Assembly (NCBI GenBank): GCA_002633005.1
Contig: NMRA01000501.1
Span: 257,517 to 321,516, forward strand
Origin: Phoronis australis
Lineage: Eukaryota > Animalia > Phoronida
Length of the DNA: 64,000 bases
Direction: 5' to 3'
Made by a program: the position numbers and the translations under genes. Positions 25,119 to 40,076 of the stretch are shown in pieces. Under the pieces are notes generated by a model, which saw only the letters and a list, made by a program, of their open reading frames with translations, was not told the origin of the DNA and made no database searches. Position 1 is the stretch's first letter, and the number at the start of each line of letters is the position of its first letter.

Positions 25119-27110
25119 GTACCACAATGTCCCACAACAGCACAATGTGAAGTATTCAATCCTAAGGAGCCCAATCATACAGTAATTACTTAGCGTTTAC
25201 TTTGTGGCTCAACAGGGGGAGCTGATCGGTGATTTTATAAAGGCAGACACCTTGTATTTAAATCGAAAACGTCTCTGTAGTAAGAAGACTAGATTTAACT
25301 GACTTAGTAAATATACTCATGGAAAACTCAAACTGGCCAGGGCTAAAAGCATCAAAATACATTTCTCTTTACAAATAAGCCCAAAATTGGTCACCTTTCA
25401 TCGTTTATTCAAGATTTGTGTTGAAAATCTTTTTACAAAGAATTAGTGTAGTCTCCCGCTTATTTTACGGCCGTTACGATTAAGAACACATTCCACAGAT
25501 ATCAAAACACATAACAATTACTTACTGTCTATACATAACTCTCGGATCAATTTTGATTTTAGCTCTTTGCAAGCATCGCAGTTCATATTCAGCTTGTCCA
25601 CTTCAACCATATGTAAAACCATATGAAAATACCTGATACAGCATGTACATTCATAAAGTAAAACAAAAAATCAGAAAATGAAACAAAAAGCATTGGCCTT
25701 GTAAAAAGCACAAAAAGAAGATGACTATGTACAACCCATCAACACCAGGTATTATTTTGTTCAATACTCGCTAAGTATCCAGAACAATAGGTCAGTGCAA
25801 CCCTTCCCAGAATCCTTCACAAAATTTGACACACACACACACACATACACCTGGAGAAAAATTCTATAACAAGACTGACTTATGCCCACACAAGCGTACA
25901 ATACACCAAGCACTTGCAATATTCATCTGTACACATAAGTGTAAACCAGGAACCCGTGCATTGCATAAATCAAAGTTCTTGCAAAATACCCGACATCATG
26001 CAGCATCACATTAGTGCTTCAGAAGTAATCTCATTACTTACTGAAGTACACAAGCAGAATCATCGCCACTCAAGGTGATTGGTCGGCGAGACTGTGATGT
26101 CTAAGTATTGGAGAGAATTCACTGATTCTTGTCAGTATCTAGCGTTACAGAATAAAGCCCTGGTGGAGAAGGCCTGCCTCAAACGGCAAGGGTTGGATAT
26201 AACGTGCACGGGTTTTGAGAACCAGTTTGATGCCCATTATTCAGTGGAGAAAACTGGTTCTCAAAATTTGGGCACATTACATCCAAGCATTACCCCTCAA
26301 GCTGTCAATAACTAGAAACACACCAGCCACACTCATCTCTAACAAAATGTGGAGTAAAGTTTCTTCAATTTAGAACACAACGTGATGGAATAGTAAAATT
26401 TCAGTGCATCATAACATCTGTGATAACAGGACCACATTTTACGATATTAATAACGATTACCACGCCTATTATGCACCTGTGGTCAACTAACAATTTCAGG
26501 TTTTTCATCTACAGTGCTGCTGTCATTTTTCAAATGCATTGTGCAATGATTGTCACCTCATAAACATCAGATGACATCACAGATAACTTGGCCAGGGGCA
26601 TGCAAACTGATTGATAATTTGTGCTTTAGGTGGCATTTTACTCGGAAACCGTCAGCGAAATCTGATAGCGCGACTCAAGAATATTTTGTATAAACAATTT
26701 CCTAATCCGCACACACTGTATTAAATGCAATGGACTTTGAGGCTCGCTTTCAATCTTTTAATTTTTTATGATGGCACCTTGTTGTGTATGCACCAAAAGC
26801 ATATTGCAGTGGACCCCTGCTTTCAATAATTGTACACTCAAGTGTCAAGTGTATATATGCACGTCACCAAGTGACCTGCGATGTTACTGGATGAACTGAC
26901 CCACATTGCATTTGAAAAATGTCAGCAGCACCTTTGATAAAAGTCCCGAATTGGTCAAATCCAGCAAAGCAATGAGTAAAAATTTGCTAAAAGACAATTT
27001 CGACAAATATTGTCGCTCAAATTTGAAGAAACTTTACCACAATGATAATTAAATAATTGATTAGTATGAACATCACTGAGCCAGGGATGCAACATTGTTT
27101 CTCAAGGCAG

Positions 27111-30100
27111 CTACAAGACAGTGCAGCAATCTGAGCTGCCCTGAAGTGCAGCTTGTGGAACAGGTGGAAGCATCGAGGCAGGTGGTTCCTGGTACAATCC
27201 GTCCAGATAGAGTCTGAAAAATTACGGATCAGTTTGTACGGTTACGATTACCTGTCAAGGTGAATGAAGAAACACAGTCAAACAAAACGGAGAAGTTTCC
27301 ATGGTGGGTGTATACATGTACTTTAAATAAAACAATTTCAATCAATGTTTCCCTCTCGTAATTAAAATGGAACTAAATGCATGAACCTTATGAAATAGAG
27401 CCATTAAATACCTGGTCTCAAAACTTCCCTTGTCAAGATAACAATTGATTTCCATCAACCCCTTAATTTTCATCTGGTGACACAGTGTAATTCATCGTGT
27501 CGCTTCCATATCTAGACTTCTAACCCCTGATTTTACAATGCACAAATCACTGAGCTAGACACTGACCTGACACAGGCCAGCCAGTAGTAACCTCTTCCAA
27601 AGTATTGACAATTGGTCATCTTCTCGGGATCGATGGTAGAGGTCTCTGGTGTCACTTCCATGTTCACCATCTGTGCACCAATGACCTGGGCCCCTAACAG
27701 CAATAATGGCACATGGTAACGAACAAAACTTTGCAGTGGACTTTTCATTCTGAGCTGAATATCATAGAACTTGATGCATTGATTTTCATGCTGTCAATTT
27801 TTACGATGAGTTGAGTATTACATGTAATTTTTAATATTACATAATTCCTTGAGCTGTTGCAAAAACATCATTATTGTGCATCTGAAGCAACACGGATGAA
27901 TTGCTCAAAATGTAGTAAAAAGTAACAATTCCAGTCCTGGGTTATGTGATTAACACAAAATCAAATATAGTAAAATAAAATAAATGATAACACTTTACAC
28001 AAAAATACGTGGCCCTGGATGTATCATAATTTACATCGGCTAATACAAAACCAACTGATACGAGTCTTACCTGTTGCCCTCAGCCAAGCTACAATCCTCT
28101 CCATTGTCGCGGACATGTTCTCATACCTGGTACCAGACAGACGAACAGGAGCAAACAGGCGAGTGGTAAGACGAACAGACGGATTGGGACAGGGTTTGGG
28201 AGCGATGGTGAAGTAAGCACGTATCACGCGCACCTTGTCTGAGCTACCCGTACGCGGAAATTCCACCATCTCTGTCTTGTCAGGGTTGAAAGACACCGCA
28301 CCTGCAGTTGTGATCAAACATTCATAACTGGCTTGCAAAACAACACACTTAAAAGCCTTTATTTTAAGTTAAGAACCAACTGACAAGAGCAACGCGGAGC
28401 ACTGATATGCGCCCACCGCATGCATCGCATATAGCATTGTTACATGGCATGATCACTATTTTAATTATTACCATTAAAAGGGCAGTGCAAGACTGATACA
28501 CTTAGAAACATACATCTCCATGTTTTGTACAAATGAGAGTCCAGGTTTCACTTGAAAGTTGCACACTCTCCAGTTCAGAGAGTACCATAGATGCACAAAT
28601 TTCTCAACAAAATACAACTCTGCATATAAATGAAAAATAATTTGAAGTTACCTAATGACGAAAGGCTTTGATGCTCCCTAACCCAGTTGAACCAGCAAAC
28701 AAGTTATGTTATATACGCCAGACAAAGCAACACTTAAATGAATTAGTTTTGTCCAGAACTTGACACGAAAGTCCTGTATTACTCTAACCAATCACAGACC
28801 TGAAACAGCTTTTTTACCCTACTGTACTATGCAAATACACATTCATGGCCCAGTAACATGCATCCAATATACCACTCTTAAATCCACACAATGCCTACCC
28901 AATCCTTTGAACATCATGACATCAATCTGTTGAATGTTGGTCAGTTTTACACCCTGAAATAACATGGAATTGAATAAGAGCACACTTTGGTATGGAGGTC
29001 AAAGTCTGGCAAAGGATAGGAGAGAGAGGCGACTTGGCACAGAGCATTTTAATTTAAGGATATTCTCTTTGCAAGTGTGCGTTGGAGATGAAAACAAAAT
29101 TTGACCCAGCAAAGGACAAATGGTCATAACTAGGTTCTGAGGTTTTCCAGACAACTATCCCCCTTTGGGGTTGTTGAATAAGTTGAGAATTTCCATAAAT
29201 AATCAGTATTATTACTACGACAGGGATGAAACTAGCAAGTTAGTATTATCAATGAACACCAGGGCACCCAACCTAATTTCTCTGTATAGTGCTAATAGCC
29301 TGCTAATAGATGCAGGGAATGGCTCTCAATGCATGTTACACATTCTACACCTGTGTTTTCAAATGCTATGACTGGCATTCTCAAAGTTATCATAATGGTG
29401 CTAAAACAGAAAAAAGAAGGGTGGAAATTTGTAATTTTAAATTTTGACGACTTTGCGGAGAGAATATTTCAGCAACTTTTTTGGAAATCTTAATTATATC
29501 CTTTCTGTGGAACATTTTGCCTACCCCCTGAGAGCGCCACCTATAATGAAAAGGAAACATGATGAATGACACATGGAATTCAATGTGTGGGCATCAATGC
29601 GCATGCTTGGTCGGAAGTTTACCGATCACATTGCCACTACTTGCGTATGCCTTCACTTGCACTTTACTTGTTCGGGCTTCAGCCACTGAATTGGGGTTTC
29701 CTTGATTTTGTTTACTTCGATCACTGCCCATTTAAATAAATTGCAACTTTTCAAGTCAAAGGTGGTCGCCATGCTACATCACAGTAAACTGAAAGGAGAC
29801 TTCCCAGATTTCAACCAATGGGAATGATTGAATGTTATGACGTCGGTTTCATTACTTTAACCAATGAGAAGCCATGTTAAACAACATTCCACAATGCTAC
29901 CTTTCGTAGCACTGTGAAAGAGTGTACAAGTTGCCAGGCTTTTAGACATGAAGTGAGCTTAATTGTCAGAGTCTATCACACCCACCTTCTGTGTATAGAA
30001 CCAGTTTCCAGCTTTATAGATACAAGAAGTGAAGTTCTCAAAGCGAGGCTTGCCCATCGTATAACTAGGGTTCTTCGTCAGACACTCTGGCTTGAAATCA

Positions 30101-33100
30101 CGCAGTCCTAGGATGACATACACGGCGGATTATTACGCGATTCCCATAATGCAACATGATATGCGATAGAACAATACAGTATAGGTGATTGACTTCACTG
30201 AAATAGTACCAATGGCGGTTTTTATTTCAATAAAATTACACAGAAAATCCATTTAAACTTGAAGCTAGATTGACAAATGTAGTGTCACTGCGACAACAAA
30301 ACTGTGTCAAATAATCGCCAAGTCATAGTTGAATACTCGTGTACAGTTAACTACTTTCTATCATAAATGTAACAAACACTAACGTCAATATTTCAACAAC
30401 AGTTGACAGTGAAAACTTTAAAATATACATTAAGTCAAATGATGACTATAATAAAGCACAACCAAGGTTCCAGGTGACGAGTGCAATAGTCCTGAGCATG
30501 TCTGGTACATGTACAAGTAACAGTCTGCCTGCGACCATAGGTGTGACTGCTCACCAATCATCTCATGAGCGGGTTCACCGACCACGTAGAAGACCCTCAG
30601 CAGGAACACATACAGCTTAGGTTGGTCCTTTTTCTCACTCCAATACGTCTTGTCCGGCTCTATAGAGTACTGTTGCCAATTTTCACAGTACTTGTACTGC
30701 ATCGTCTCCACCGTCAGTATACGTCCTTTAATACACATACAGACCACAGCACAGTTAGCAAAGTAAACTGTAGCACAGGCAACGGATTATCCACAACCCC
30801 CACCCCCACCCCCCNCCCCGTCAGTACTGCCACTTCCCATGGTTTGAGTTGTCTCCTCTCATTTTGATGCCCAGTTCCTGTTGATGCCCCCTCCCCCATA
30901 GCAAACCATTCCCCTGTGTCCCCTACGCCATGTTACTGAATACAAAAGGGATTCAGTCTTTTTCTATTTATACCCAGTGTTTTCTAAAATGTGACAAAAC
31001 CATTGCTATCCCCCTTTGGTGCATGGGGCCATAACCTGCTGTAGTCTGGGATAAAACACTGAATATTAAAAGGAATAGCATGCGAATCTTTTTGGTTATT
31101 ACAGGACAACTGAGACACGGTGGTCAATAAATAAAGCAATACGCAGCTCTGGTGATAGATAGTTGTGTTATTTCAGTATCATATAAGCAGGCTCACACTT
31201 GGTTGCTAAAGACTCTCCAACGACCGAAACACCGTTGACATAGACTGGCTGTGTCAATAGCTACAAGTCAATGTTATTAAGTTCTTAGATTAATCACAAC
31301 TCACTGTACTAGCGATGAACAAAAATTGGTTTTACGATGACTGTTTTTAATCCTCTCCTGCATTTGGCCAAAAAGAAAATTGAAGTTAAGTAGCCAAAAA
31401 CTGGCAAACGTTAAAAGAAACCAACTTTTGATTTTCACGACTTAAAGCCTATGACCTCAAGTTGTTTCACACTCAAATAAGGAGTGGCTTCTGGGCTTGG
31501 AAAAACGGACATTTCCTTATTCTTTGAGACCATTACGTCGCCCAAAATGACCTGTTGTGACAAGCTAATTTGTCGAACCTGGTCGATAAAAGTCAGTTCT
31601 TTCCAAGCCAAGGAGCGACTCCAGGATTTTTTAAAAGCGGGGGGTCGGATCAAAGATTTTTTTAAAAAGGGAAGTCCAAGTCAAAAATTTTAAAATTCCA
31701 GAATTGATATCACTAAAATCAAGAGAAAAGGGGGGTCTGGACCCCTTTGACCCCTCTGGATCTGCCTAATATGAATTAAAAGAGTGACACAATTTCAAAC
31801 CAATTTCATAACAGTGAGTGGTCTCCATCAAAAGTTACTTTATGAGACAGAAGGCAGTCTAAAGCTGCTTTTATGAATTAACCCTTAAGAACGGTTCTGT
31901 ACACTTCAAAGGCAAACAGTCACATGTCACGTGTCGACAATCAATTAATGCTGACTCACCTTGTATGGGATTGTCCTGTAGTTGTTTGTTGAGTTTGTCC
32001 ACTGTACGACTGAAGGAATCAAAGGAGGGCAAGTTCAGGGTGTAGTAAGACTCTACATGTGCCTGTAATGTAGTCAAAGATTATCACAGCCATGGTTATA
32101 TTTGATAGGTAAGTGGATCCATGCACTCAAACAGCTAATGAGTATTGCATATAGGAACAATGAATCACCTACCCCTCCAAAGCCCTGATACATTTGTGTG
32201 TGAGCCAACTTCTTAACACGGAACTCAGGCTTCACAGTGAAGTACCCTAGTTGCTGTGGAGGCTCTGACGGGTTGTCTCGGAGGGCCAGCCAAAGTCTAA
32301 GAAGATAGAGGAACAACGTATAAGAATCTTTTAATCACGAGAGTTTCAACAAGTTTACACTGAAGGAGCATCTGCAGAAGTCTTCATAGTAAAAATAATT
32401 ACAAAATCATGCAAAGAAAACACACAATAGGTACTTCTGCCAACAGCAATGGGAAGGGTCAGGGAAAACTTTCACGATGCAACGGCAAAGTGACTACATA
32501 CAACCGGCGACTAGTACTGCCACCTGGATGCATACCGAGGTACTTTTACTCCATAGAGCGTAATGGCTAAGGGAGCATACCTGGCTTCATGATAACAGCA
32601 TTTTATGGTTTATGGGGTCATGTAGACAAGATCTGCTGCAAGAGACATCTGTAGCAGACATTGACAAGTATTTGTCTGGATTAAAAGTTGATCAGCTCCA
32701 AGTAAACATAGATTGCATGGCAACACTATTACAGACACCTGGACACTAGTCATGCTTAATACTTCCAGTGATCACTCATTGAATGGAAAATACTGTGGCC
32801 CATGGCTTTAGCTGATCAACTGATTTGGGAACTGATCATGGGTGACGACAAACCTCAGGACAAATTTTGGCTGTCAGTAAGTGCAGATCGTCTCCTAGTC
32901 ACTAGCAAGCAATGCAGTGTTTAGGATCCATATCACGAGTCTCACATCACAGCATTACAGTGGCAAATATGTTTGAAGCTATACCCACCTCAAGCCTATG
33001 ATGTAGGCGTTGTTTCCGTACGCCGATTCATGATGTAGGGTCGTCTCCGTTTCAATGACACCATCTTTTCTTGCCTTTCGTTCCAGATTCTCGCAAGTTT

Positions 33101-34819
33101 TGGCTTCATACTGGGGGTTGGCAGATAGCCATTGGTTAGCTTGAGCCATCACGCAACTGAAACCAAATGTCTAGAGTACGTTAAAATCTCAGTAATCTAA
33201 GACACAATACGGCGGAAAAGTGAAATTTTTTTCATAAGATTTGTAGCTTCAGATTAATGTTTTATTTGTTTTCAAGTTCTGTACCATAGACTTTGAAAAA
33301 CTGCAGGCATTCACAAAAATGATAGACCTTGAGAAGGGGAATTTTGGAAATTACTTTTGTCCATAGTTGTAGGAATATGTGACCTGGGAACAGGATGGTA
33401 CATCAGTTGATACGTCCCATGAAATTCTACATACGTACATTAAGAAGAAGAAAAGGCACTCACGTAATTTTCAAAATAAAGCTGACCCAAATTCTTTTCA
33501 CTGCAAGTTGTCAATAGTTCACAGCCACTATTTCTTGCTAATTATCAAATGATTGAGTCTTATTTTTGTCTGGGATTTCAAGGGGAGGCAGTGTGGCCTA
33601 GTGGGAAAGAAATTCTGCTTTCCTTACTCAAAGAGGTGGGTTCGAGACCCTCTGGGGCACATTTTCAGACCTTTGAGTCAGGTCTCTAGCTCCTCAGCCA
33701 GATTTGAACAGTAAACTAATAAAGTACGAAAATAGTTCCAGGTAAGGAACTGCAGTAAATAACAACAGTTAACATACCTGAAGTCTTCATATGCAGGCGG
33801 GTTGGTTCCAGGTAGAGGTCTAGGCATGAAGTCAACATACATCAGTGGAACAGGTGATGATTTGAAGACCAGTGAATCGTACGATGGCGGAGGAGGAAGC
33901 TGGAGTGAAAGAGTGTCTGAATTACCCAATGAAAAGTCAGACCAGGGAAGAAACACCATGTTTGATGGCCAAAGAAACAAAATGGGGAGACTTGACATGT
34001 GCACACCACCACTTATTAGAGTGATTTTAATACTCTCAAAAATAGAAGTGAAATTTGAATGGGGGTTCTCATCATGTATTACAGTGATCGACGCACAGCT
34101 AAATGCCAAGTCGCATTTGGTGACCTTGTCAAAATCTGAGGTCGCCAAATCGAGTGCTAAATTAATTGTAAATCTTTTATGCTTCCCCTTTTCACGCAAC
34201 ATTTGACGTTCACCGTACCTCCATCTTCATATAATCTGGCTGCAAACTGACGTAAATCTCATCTTCAGGTGGAGGTCCTGGGGCCACGCTACAACCCTCA
34301 GGGATGACATAACTCAACGGAGGATAAACCTGGAAGAGACAGTATCACACAATCAAACACTGCACGCAGCTCTAGGTCTTTCATTGTTTCAACTGATCTG
34401 AGAGCAAATTACAACCAATACATCTAGTTCGGGAGAGCCCATACATCGAAGCAGCTCCCATCCACCGCACAAGAGTGCTTCACATTTACATACAGAAAGT
34501 GTACTCTGGAAGATATGTAGTTCATAAGAAATCCCAATCTTCTGAAAACAACTTATTTTACAAACATATGTTCTTTTAAATTTGTGAACAACGTCTCATT
34601 ATCCAAACTAAGTAAATATGTTTTTCTGCTCTGAACATGGATCAGTTAAATTGGAATAAATACAAATACATTACAGGGTGTGGATTACATGCATCATGGC
34701 TTGAATGGCTCATGTAGGACCACCATACTCATAATATAAAGGCTTACATCAGGACCAGCAGCTTGAGAATTTTCTTCCTCTTTCAGGTTGACGTCATGGA
34801 AGTCGGAGTTGTCCACCAT
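27111..34819 (-). CDS. Uncharacterised 502-aa protein: acidic/Pro-rich N-terminus with PPxY motifs, four internal repeats, C-terminal CaaX (CCTVL)
   Basis: join(34748-34819, 34219-34329, 33778-33899, 32989-33156, 32173-32296, 31960-32062, 30555-30725, 29986-30107, 28899-28953, 28071-28301, 27567-27693, 27111-27213) = 1509 nt. All 11 introns are GT-AG, phases are consistent and there is no internal stop. Starts MVDNSDFHDVNLKEEEN, ends LQGSSDCCTVL*. Confidence 0.9.
33582..33660 (+). mobile_element. tRNA-derived SINE-like head (degenerate)
   Basis: A-box-like TGGCCTAGTGG and B-box-like GGTTCGAGACC; no proper cloverleaf. Confidence 0.5.
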
Positions 34820-35004
34820 TGTTAGTCTCAGGAATTCAACAAGACTATATTAAACAGGGCAGATATTCAGAAGACTAGCTCTGAAAACAGAAAAGTCCAA
34901 TCAGGCAAATTTTGTTTATGACCTGGTAGGCTAAAGAGCAAAGATTGAGTCGTGGTGAAAGGTGAGAAAATTTAGCTAATGCTTTGCCACTGTCAGATTA
35001 TAGT

Positions 35005-35110
35005 CGAGAGAGAGGGAGAGAGATGAGCGAGAGAGAGAGAGATGAGAGAGAGGGAGGGTTAGGATGAGCCATGGACAGGAAGAGGGGAGGGAAGGGCCGG
35101 GGTAGGGAAG
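35005..35110. repeat. (GA)n / purine-rich low-complexity tract
   Basis: Directly visible. Confidence 0.8.
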
Positions 35111-35596
35111 AGGGGCCCAGTCTAGGAAGGAGATGGGAGGCAACGGGGGAACAATCATGAAATCTAGAAAACAGTAGTATGAACCATATGCTAACAAAAT
35201 AACAGCAGAGTTAAAACAGGTCCCGCACTGTGGTTTCTCCTTTTGGCTTTTGGCAGCAGATTGCATTCCCGCACTGGTCTGCACCACAGGCGGTCTGCAC
35301 TAACGTGAGTACTGGCGTGCGTTCAGTAACACTTAGAACATACCTAAAATCTAGTCAATATCACGTGTTCTCTTTCAAAACACATGGCAAAGTCTCACGT
35401 AATCTCTCGAAGTCTTGCTTTTTAGCGAGGTCCTAGACCTAGCGTTACTGAACGGGAGGCTGGCTGCCTCGCAGGCGGCGATTGCGCAACCGCGTCAAGT
35501 TGTCTAAATTCGGCATGATAAGCCAAGTTGTCATGCCATTAACTGCTTCGTAAACAAATTAGAACATGGCTTCCAAATGAATAACAGTAGCCTCAC

Positions 35597-35790
35597 CCTT
35601 AGATGTCAAATTTCGCTTTTAAAGGTTGGACAGTTGCAGTTGCGACGACACCAACATTCCGCCGGAAGTAAACATCACCAAGCAAGGCAACCACCAGATG
35701 GCGATGTTATAGTTTTGTAGTAAAAGCAGAGACGACACCTAGCGATTGTGTGTGAGCCGACGAAGTACGCGAAGCGACGACTTAGTGCCA
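35597..35790 (-). promoter_or_regulatory. Putative non-coding first exon and promoter of the 502-aa gene
   Basis: Minus-strand donor aagg|gtgagg at 35596, acceptor of the ATG exon at 34880; CpG-richer surroundings; ETS-type CCGGAAGT at 35662-35669. Confidence 0.45.
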
Positions 35791-37161
35791 TGGCCAATTT
35801 TAGTGTGTCAAATTCAAAATCGTGAAGTCTCTTTGTTTGAAATATTGAGAACAAAAATATGAGCAGCATAATGAAAAATACACATAGGCAAAATATACAG
35901 AAAATCAAGAAAAGAATTGGGCAACGAAGGTAATATTAATTTCAAGACATAGGCCTACATCATAAGCAAGAGGGTGACTCAATAATCAGAGGTGAGCATG
36001 AAGTAGGTGATTGGAAGTTGGAAAGGTACAAAACCTGTACGATGCTGTCCAGGGGGGTCAGGGAAGTAATAAACATAGGACAGATCTGCTGAAGAAGAGG
36101 TAGGAGCAAAAACGGGGAGTGGGGCACCTGTCAATCAAAAAGTTGGGGCGGAGACAGCTTTTTGCCCCCCCCCCCAAATATTCCAGGTGTTAATATCAAT
36201 TAATTAACAACTAATTATCAAAAATTTCAACACACAAAATTTTGTTTTGAAATAAAATTGAAAAATTAATACTCTCCTCCGCCCAACCATCAAGTGTTTC
36301 CTACGTTAATGTCCAAAACTGCCCTCTTATGCCATCCAAACAAAGTCCAGATAATTTTGTCGAAAATTCACACGTTACTACATTCTACATTCAAGCAGGG
36401 AGGTTACATGAAACACTCCCAAATAGCGACTTAATAAGGCAGATCATAGATTTTTAAAGGGGGGGTCGGATCGAAGATTTTTTAAGACTGGAGGGGGATC
36501 TAAGTTAACAATTTGAAAATTCTAGATTTGATATCACTAAAAGCATGGGAAAATGGGTTTCCGGACACTTTGAGTCCCCTGGATCTGTCTGTGCTCAACT
36601 GCGTTGCTTAAATCTTTTACGTATCCGTTTCCTTCTTTACTCATAGTTGCTATATTTTTCGTTTTGTCTTCATTACGAGCTTTTCTATTGACTTATGGTG
36701 ACGTTTTCTAATAATATAATTAAAAATTGAGCCCTTAATCCAGTCGAAATATTTAGGGACTGAGTCCTTAAATTAGAGGCGTTGTATTAAAGGATCCCTA
36801 CTAATTTTCAGTAATATTGAGAATTCAACGTATAAAACTCACAAATACGCAGCAGATTTAGGAAACATAGTAGAGTCGCTATTTGAGACTTTTTCATGGA
36901 ACCGGACACTGGACCCCCATCATCCATACCTGATGGTATCTGAAATGGGTAGCGTTTTGAGGTGGGTTGTGGTGAATGAAATTGGGAGCAACAGGGCGGT
37001 AGCTAGGCGTTGAAAACTGACCAGCAGCCCAGTAAACCTGCCTTGTGTGTCCCCATAAAACAACCAAGATGTCTACTGAATACACAGTCCATTTAGGGTA
37101 GTTTTTACAGCACTCGTAAACCATTCCTATCTTATTAAATCAACTAACAGCAGTTAGTTAA

Positions 37162-37378
37162 AGGCATATTCAGCCTCCGTCGACAGGCAAAAATGGCCAA
37201 TTTTAAAGTAAGTAACATAAGGACGCCTTATTTCCTGACTTGATGTTTCAAGATCCGTGTCAAAACAAAAATCTAAACAAACGACATCGTCACTGAGTAT
37301 AACAGTGTTTTTCAAGGTAATAATGCTGTACATATATATACTACCGAAGTGCCCACCGACGTAGAGCTCAATATGCCT
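37162..37378. mobile_element. Kolobok-like MITE with TTAA TSD
   Basis: TTAA|AGGCATATTCAGC ... GCTCAATATGCCT|TTAA. Confidence 0.7.
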
Positions 37379-39162
37379 TTAAATCAAAAGTGGTGTTGCC
37401 ATATTGCAACAAGGGGCCTTCCAGGGTAAGCCATTTTGACAATAATTGTGGACAAGTACTATTTTGTTGAAAACGGGATAGCACAGCACTTAAATTCATT
37501 CAAAATTCTAGTGGTGCCCGGCGGTTATCAGCCAAGTTTAATACTATGAAGTTTCCCCAAAATCTGTCAAGTCGCTTTGAAAAATAATAAACAGATAAGG
37601 AAAACATTTTGGATGCAGAAAATGCTGCAATTGTGTCCAAATTATAATCACATAGACCTAAGTGAGCTCAAACTGCGCATACAAAATAAACCGTGCTAGT
37701 CATGATTTGTAAACATGAGCAGCACCTCAAACAATATGTTTTTTGCGGTGTTCATTCCTATCGTGCAATATAGATTATTGACCAACGACAGCCAGGATGT
37801 TGAATGTATGGGATCGTAAAAAATAATTTAAGTAAGTAATAACGAATAATAAAAAATAATAAATAAGTAAAAATAAATAACCATAAATGAATAAGGTATA
37901 GATAAAAATAAATATCTTATAATATAACAATAACAAACTTAGTAAATAAATAGTAATAGTAAATATAATAATCTTTAAGATCTGAATGTATTCAAACTGT
38001 AGAAAGAAGTGAGAGAAAGTAGTTAGAAGCATCAATGGGCATATAATAAACTAATCACTACATGTAGTTCCCAAAGTCATACAAACCATTTACGGTAAAT
38101 TTCTATAAGCGATCAAATGCAGGGAACAGTAAAGACATTAATTTCAAATCACCCAGCCTATCGCTAGTTGACTAGCAACAGTTTCACGCAAAAACATCCT
38201 TTGTTTCAATTATGAACAGCATCTATTTCAATCAGTGGGGAAGCGAAAAACCATAAGTCATGAATTTTAAATTATCAGTTGCTGCAGCCGTAGGCAGTGC
38301 TAAAAGCACCGTTGATTTTCTACCGGCTAGAGCCATCAAATCTTGCCATATTTGTTTATTGCACACACGCCTACCAGACGTCTCTACAGTCCATGAAACA
38401 ACAATGACCGCCATTGGCCGTACAATGGCATTTCGCTAGGATATTTTTCTCAAAATCTACAGTTTCTTATAAAAAGGTGTCCGGACTTCGCTTAAAACAT
38501 CATCGGTCAAAATCACAGGCCTAAAAGGAGAACACTGCAGAACAATCAAACACTGGACTGACAGTCACAAAAAGAAAATTGGACAGAGAACAGGTCGGAG
38601 ACAGGGCCAGAGTTGTACTTTGGATACATTTTTGTTATGCAAAGGCCAGTGCAGTTATAGTGGTCTCAAGCGGCAAATACATCACTTTCTTAACAAAGCT
38701 GTGCCAGCCACTCGAGTTATATGAACTTTCACAACTGACAAAGTTTGTACCAAACTATCAAAAACCTAAATGTAAAACTCCTTATTTGGATACTGGCAAT
38801 GTCGTGTATAAAACATATGTATTCCTCTGTCTGCAATGAGTTTTACATTGGTGTGACTATACGCCAAGTTGGGCACATAAGAACACAAACTCCATGGCAA
38901 CAGTGCTGTCCTTGGACATCCCTGTACCATCCACCAAGTCATTGACGATGAACACTGACATCTACAACCTTCTCCGACATGTACCACGACAGGCCTATGC
39001 GGTCTCTTAGCGTTTACATGGGCATCAATGGCACAGCACCACTCTCATTCTGAGGTACATACCCACAATGCAACGCACATGTCAAACTTTCGCACTGCTT
39101 CTTCACGTCCCCTATCTCACTGCCTTTTTTATTACGTAATTCAGCATTACAATGCTGGAAAA

Positions 39163-39225
39163 CGTGCGTGTGTGTGTGCGTGCGTGCGTGCGTGCGTGCG
39201 CGCGCGCGCGCGTGCGTGCGTGTGT
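39163..39225. repeat. Alternating purine-pyrimidine (GT/GC)n microsatellite
   Basis: CGTGCGTGTGTGTGTGCGTGCGTGCG..CGCGCGCGCG; potentially Z-DNA forming. Confidence 0.9.
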
Positions 39226-40076
39226 AACTCTGGCACAAAAGCATGAGCAAAACGTGTAACTACGAGGCGATACATCACTCATCACTTGTTAATAACTCGG
39301 GAGTGCCTGAAACTTTGAAATTTCAGTCAGTTTTGTAACGCATTTCTCCATTATTTTCTAGAAGAGAGCTCAATCCACACCAGTGGCCAATGCGGAACAA
39401 TCAAATAGCGTAGTGGTGATGTGAGAGCTATCACACCATAGATACTTCTACTACAGTCCTTGATGAAACCACCGCGGACGACAGAACTTCGGTAAGCAAA
39501 TATTCTGGAGACACAAGATGACATAGACGAACTTGAGGTATTGGTGGACTGGTCGCACGAAACGAAAATTCTTATTGAAACATTGTTCACACCGAAACTA
39601 CGTTGGCTGTTGCCTGAAAGAGTTCACGAGAGGTCGTGACAATAAAAAATCGTGCTTCGTGTGAACAAGGTCGACAGCTCTGGATAAGGTGTACTACACG
39701 TATGCCAAACTTGGTCGAGGTTTTCGCCAGACTTATTTGACAAGCATTTGTGGCAACAAAGTGCCATTTTGTCGAAACTTAGTCAGAGTTTGATGAGAAC
39801 TTATTGCATCAAGTCCTTAATTGATTATTTCAGCAAGGTAAGTTGTCACGATTTCAACAAATTGCGCGGAGCCACGCCTGTCAGCATGTTGACATTTAGT
39901 TGTACTCTAAATATGTTTGTATTTTTAATAATAATAACAAATATGATAAAAATAATAATACTAGAGGAGTTGTTTTCGCTGTAGCAAAATACCACCATTG
40001 GATCAAACGTCCAACACTGAACTAATATATTCGACTCACGTTTGCTTTACACTTCGAAATAGTTATCAATATATTG

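Noticed and set aside
33802-34206. 134-aa plus-strand ORF
   Set aside because: Antisense to an exon and intron of the 502-aa gene, with no recognisable motifs
37775-38035. Hydrophobic membrane-protein-like ORF
   Set aside because: AT-rich low-complexity (AAAT/AAT) tract
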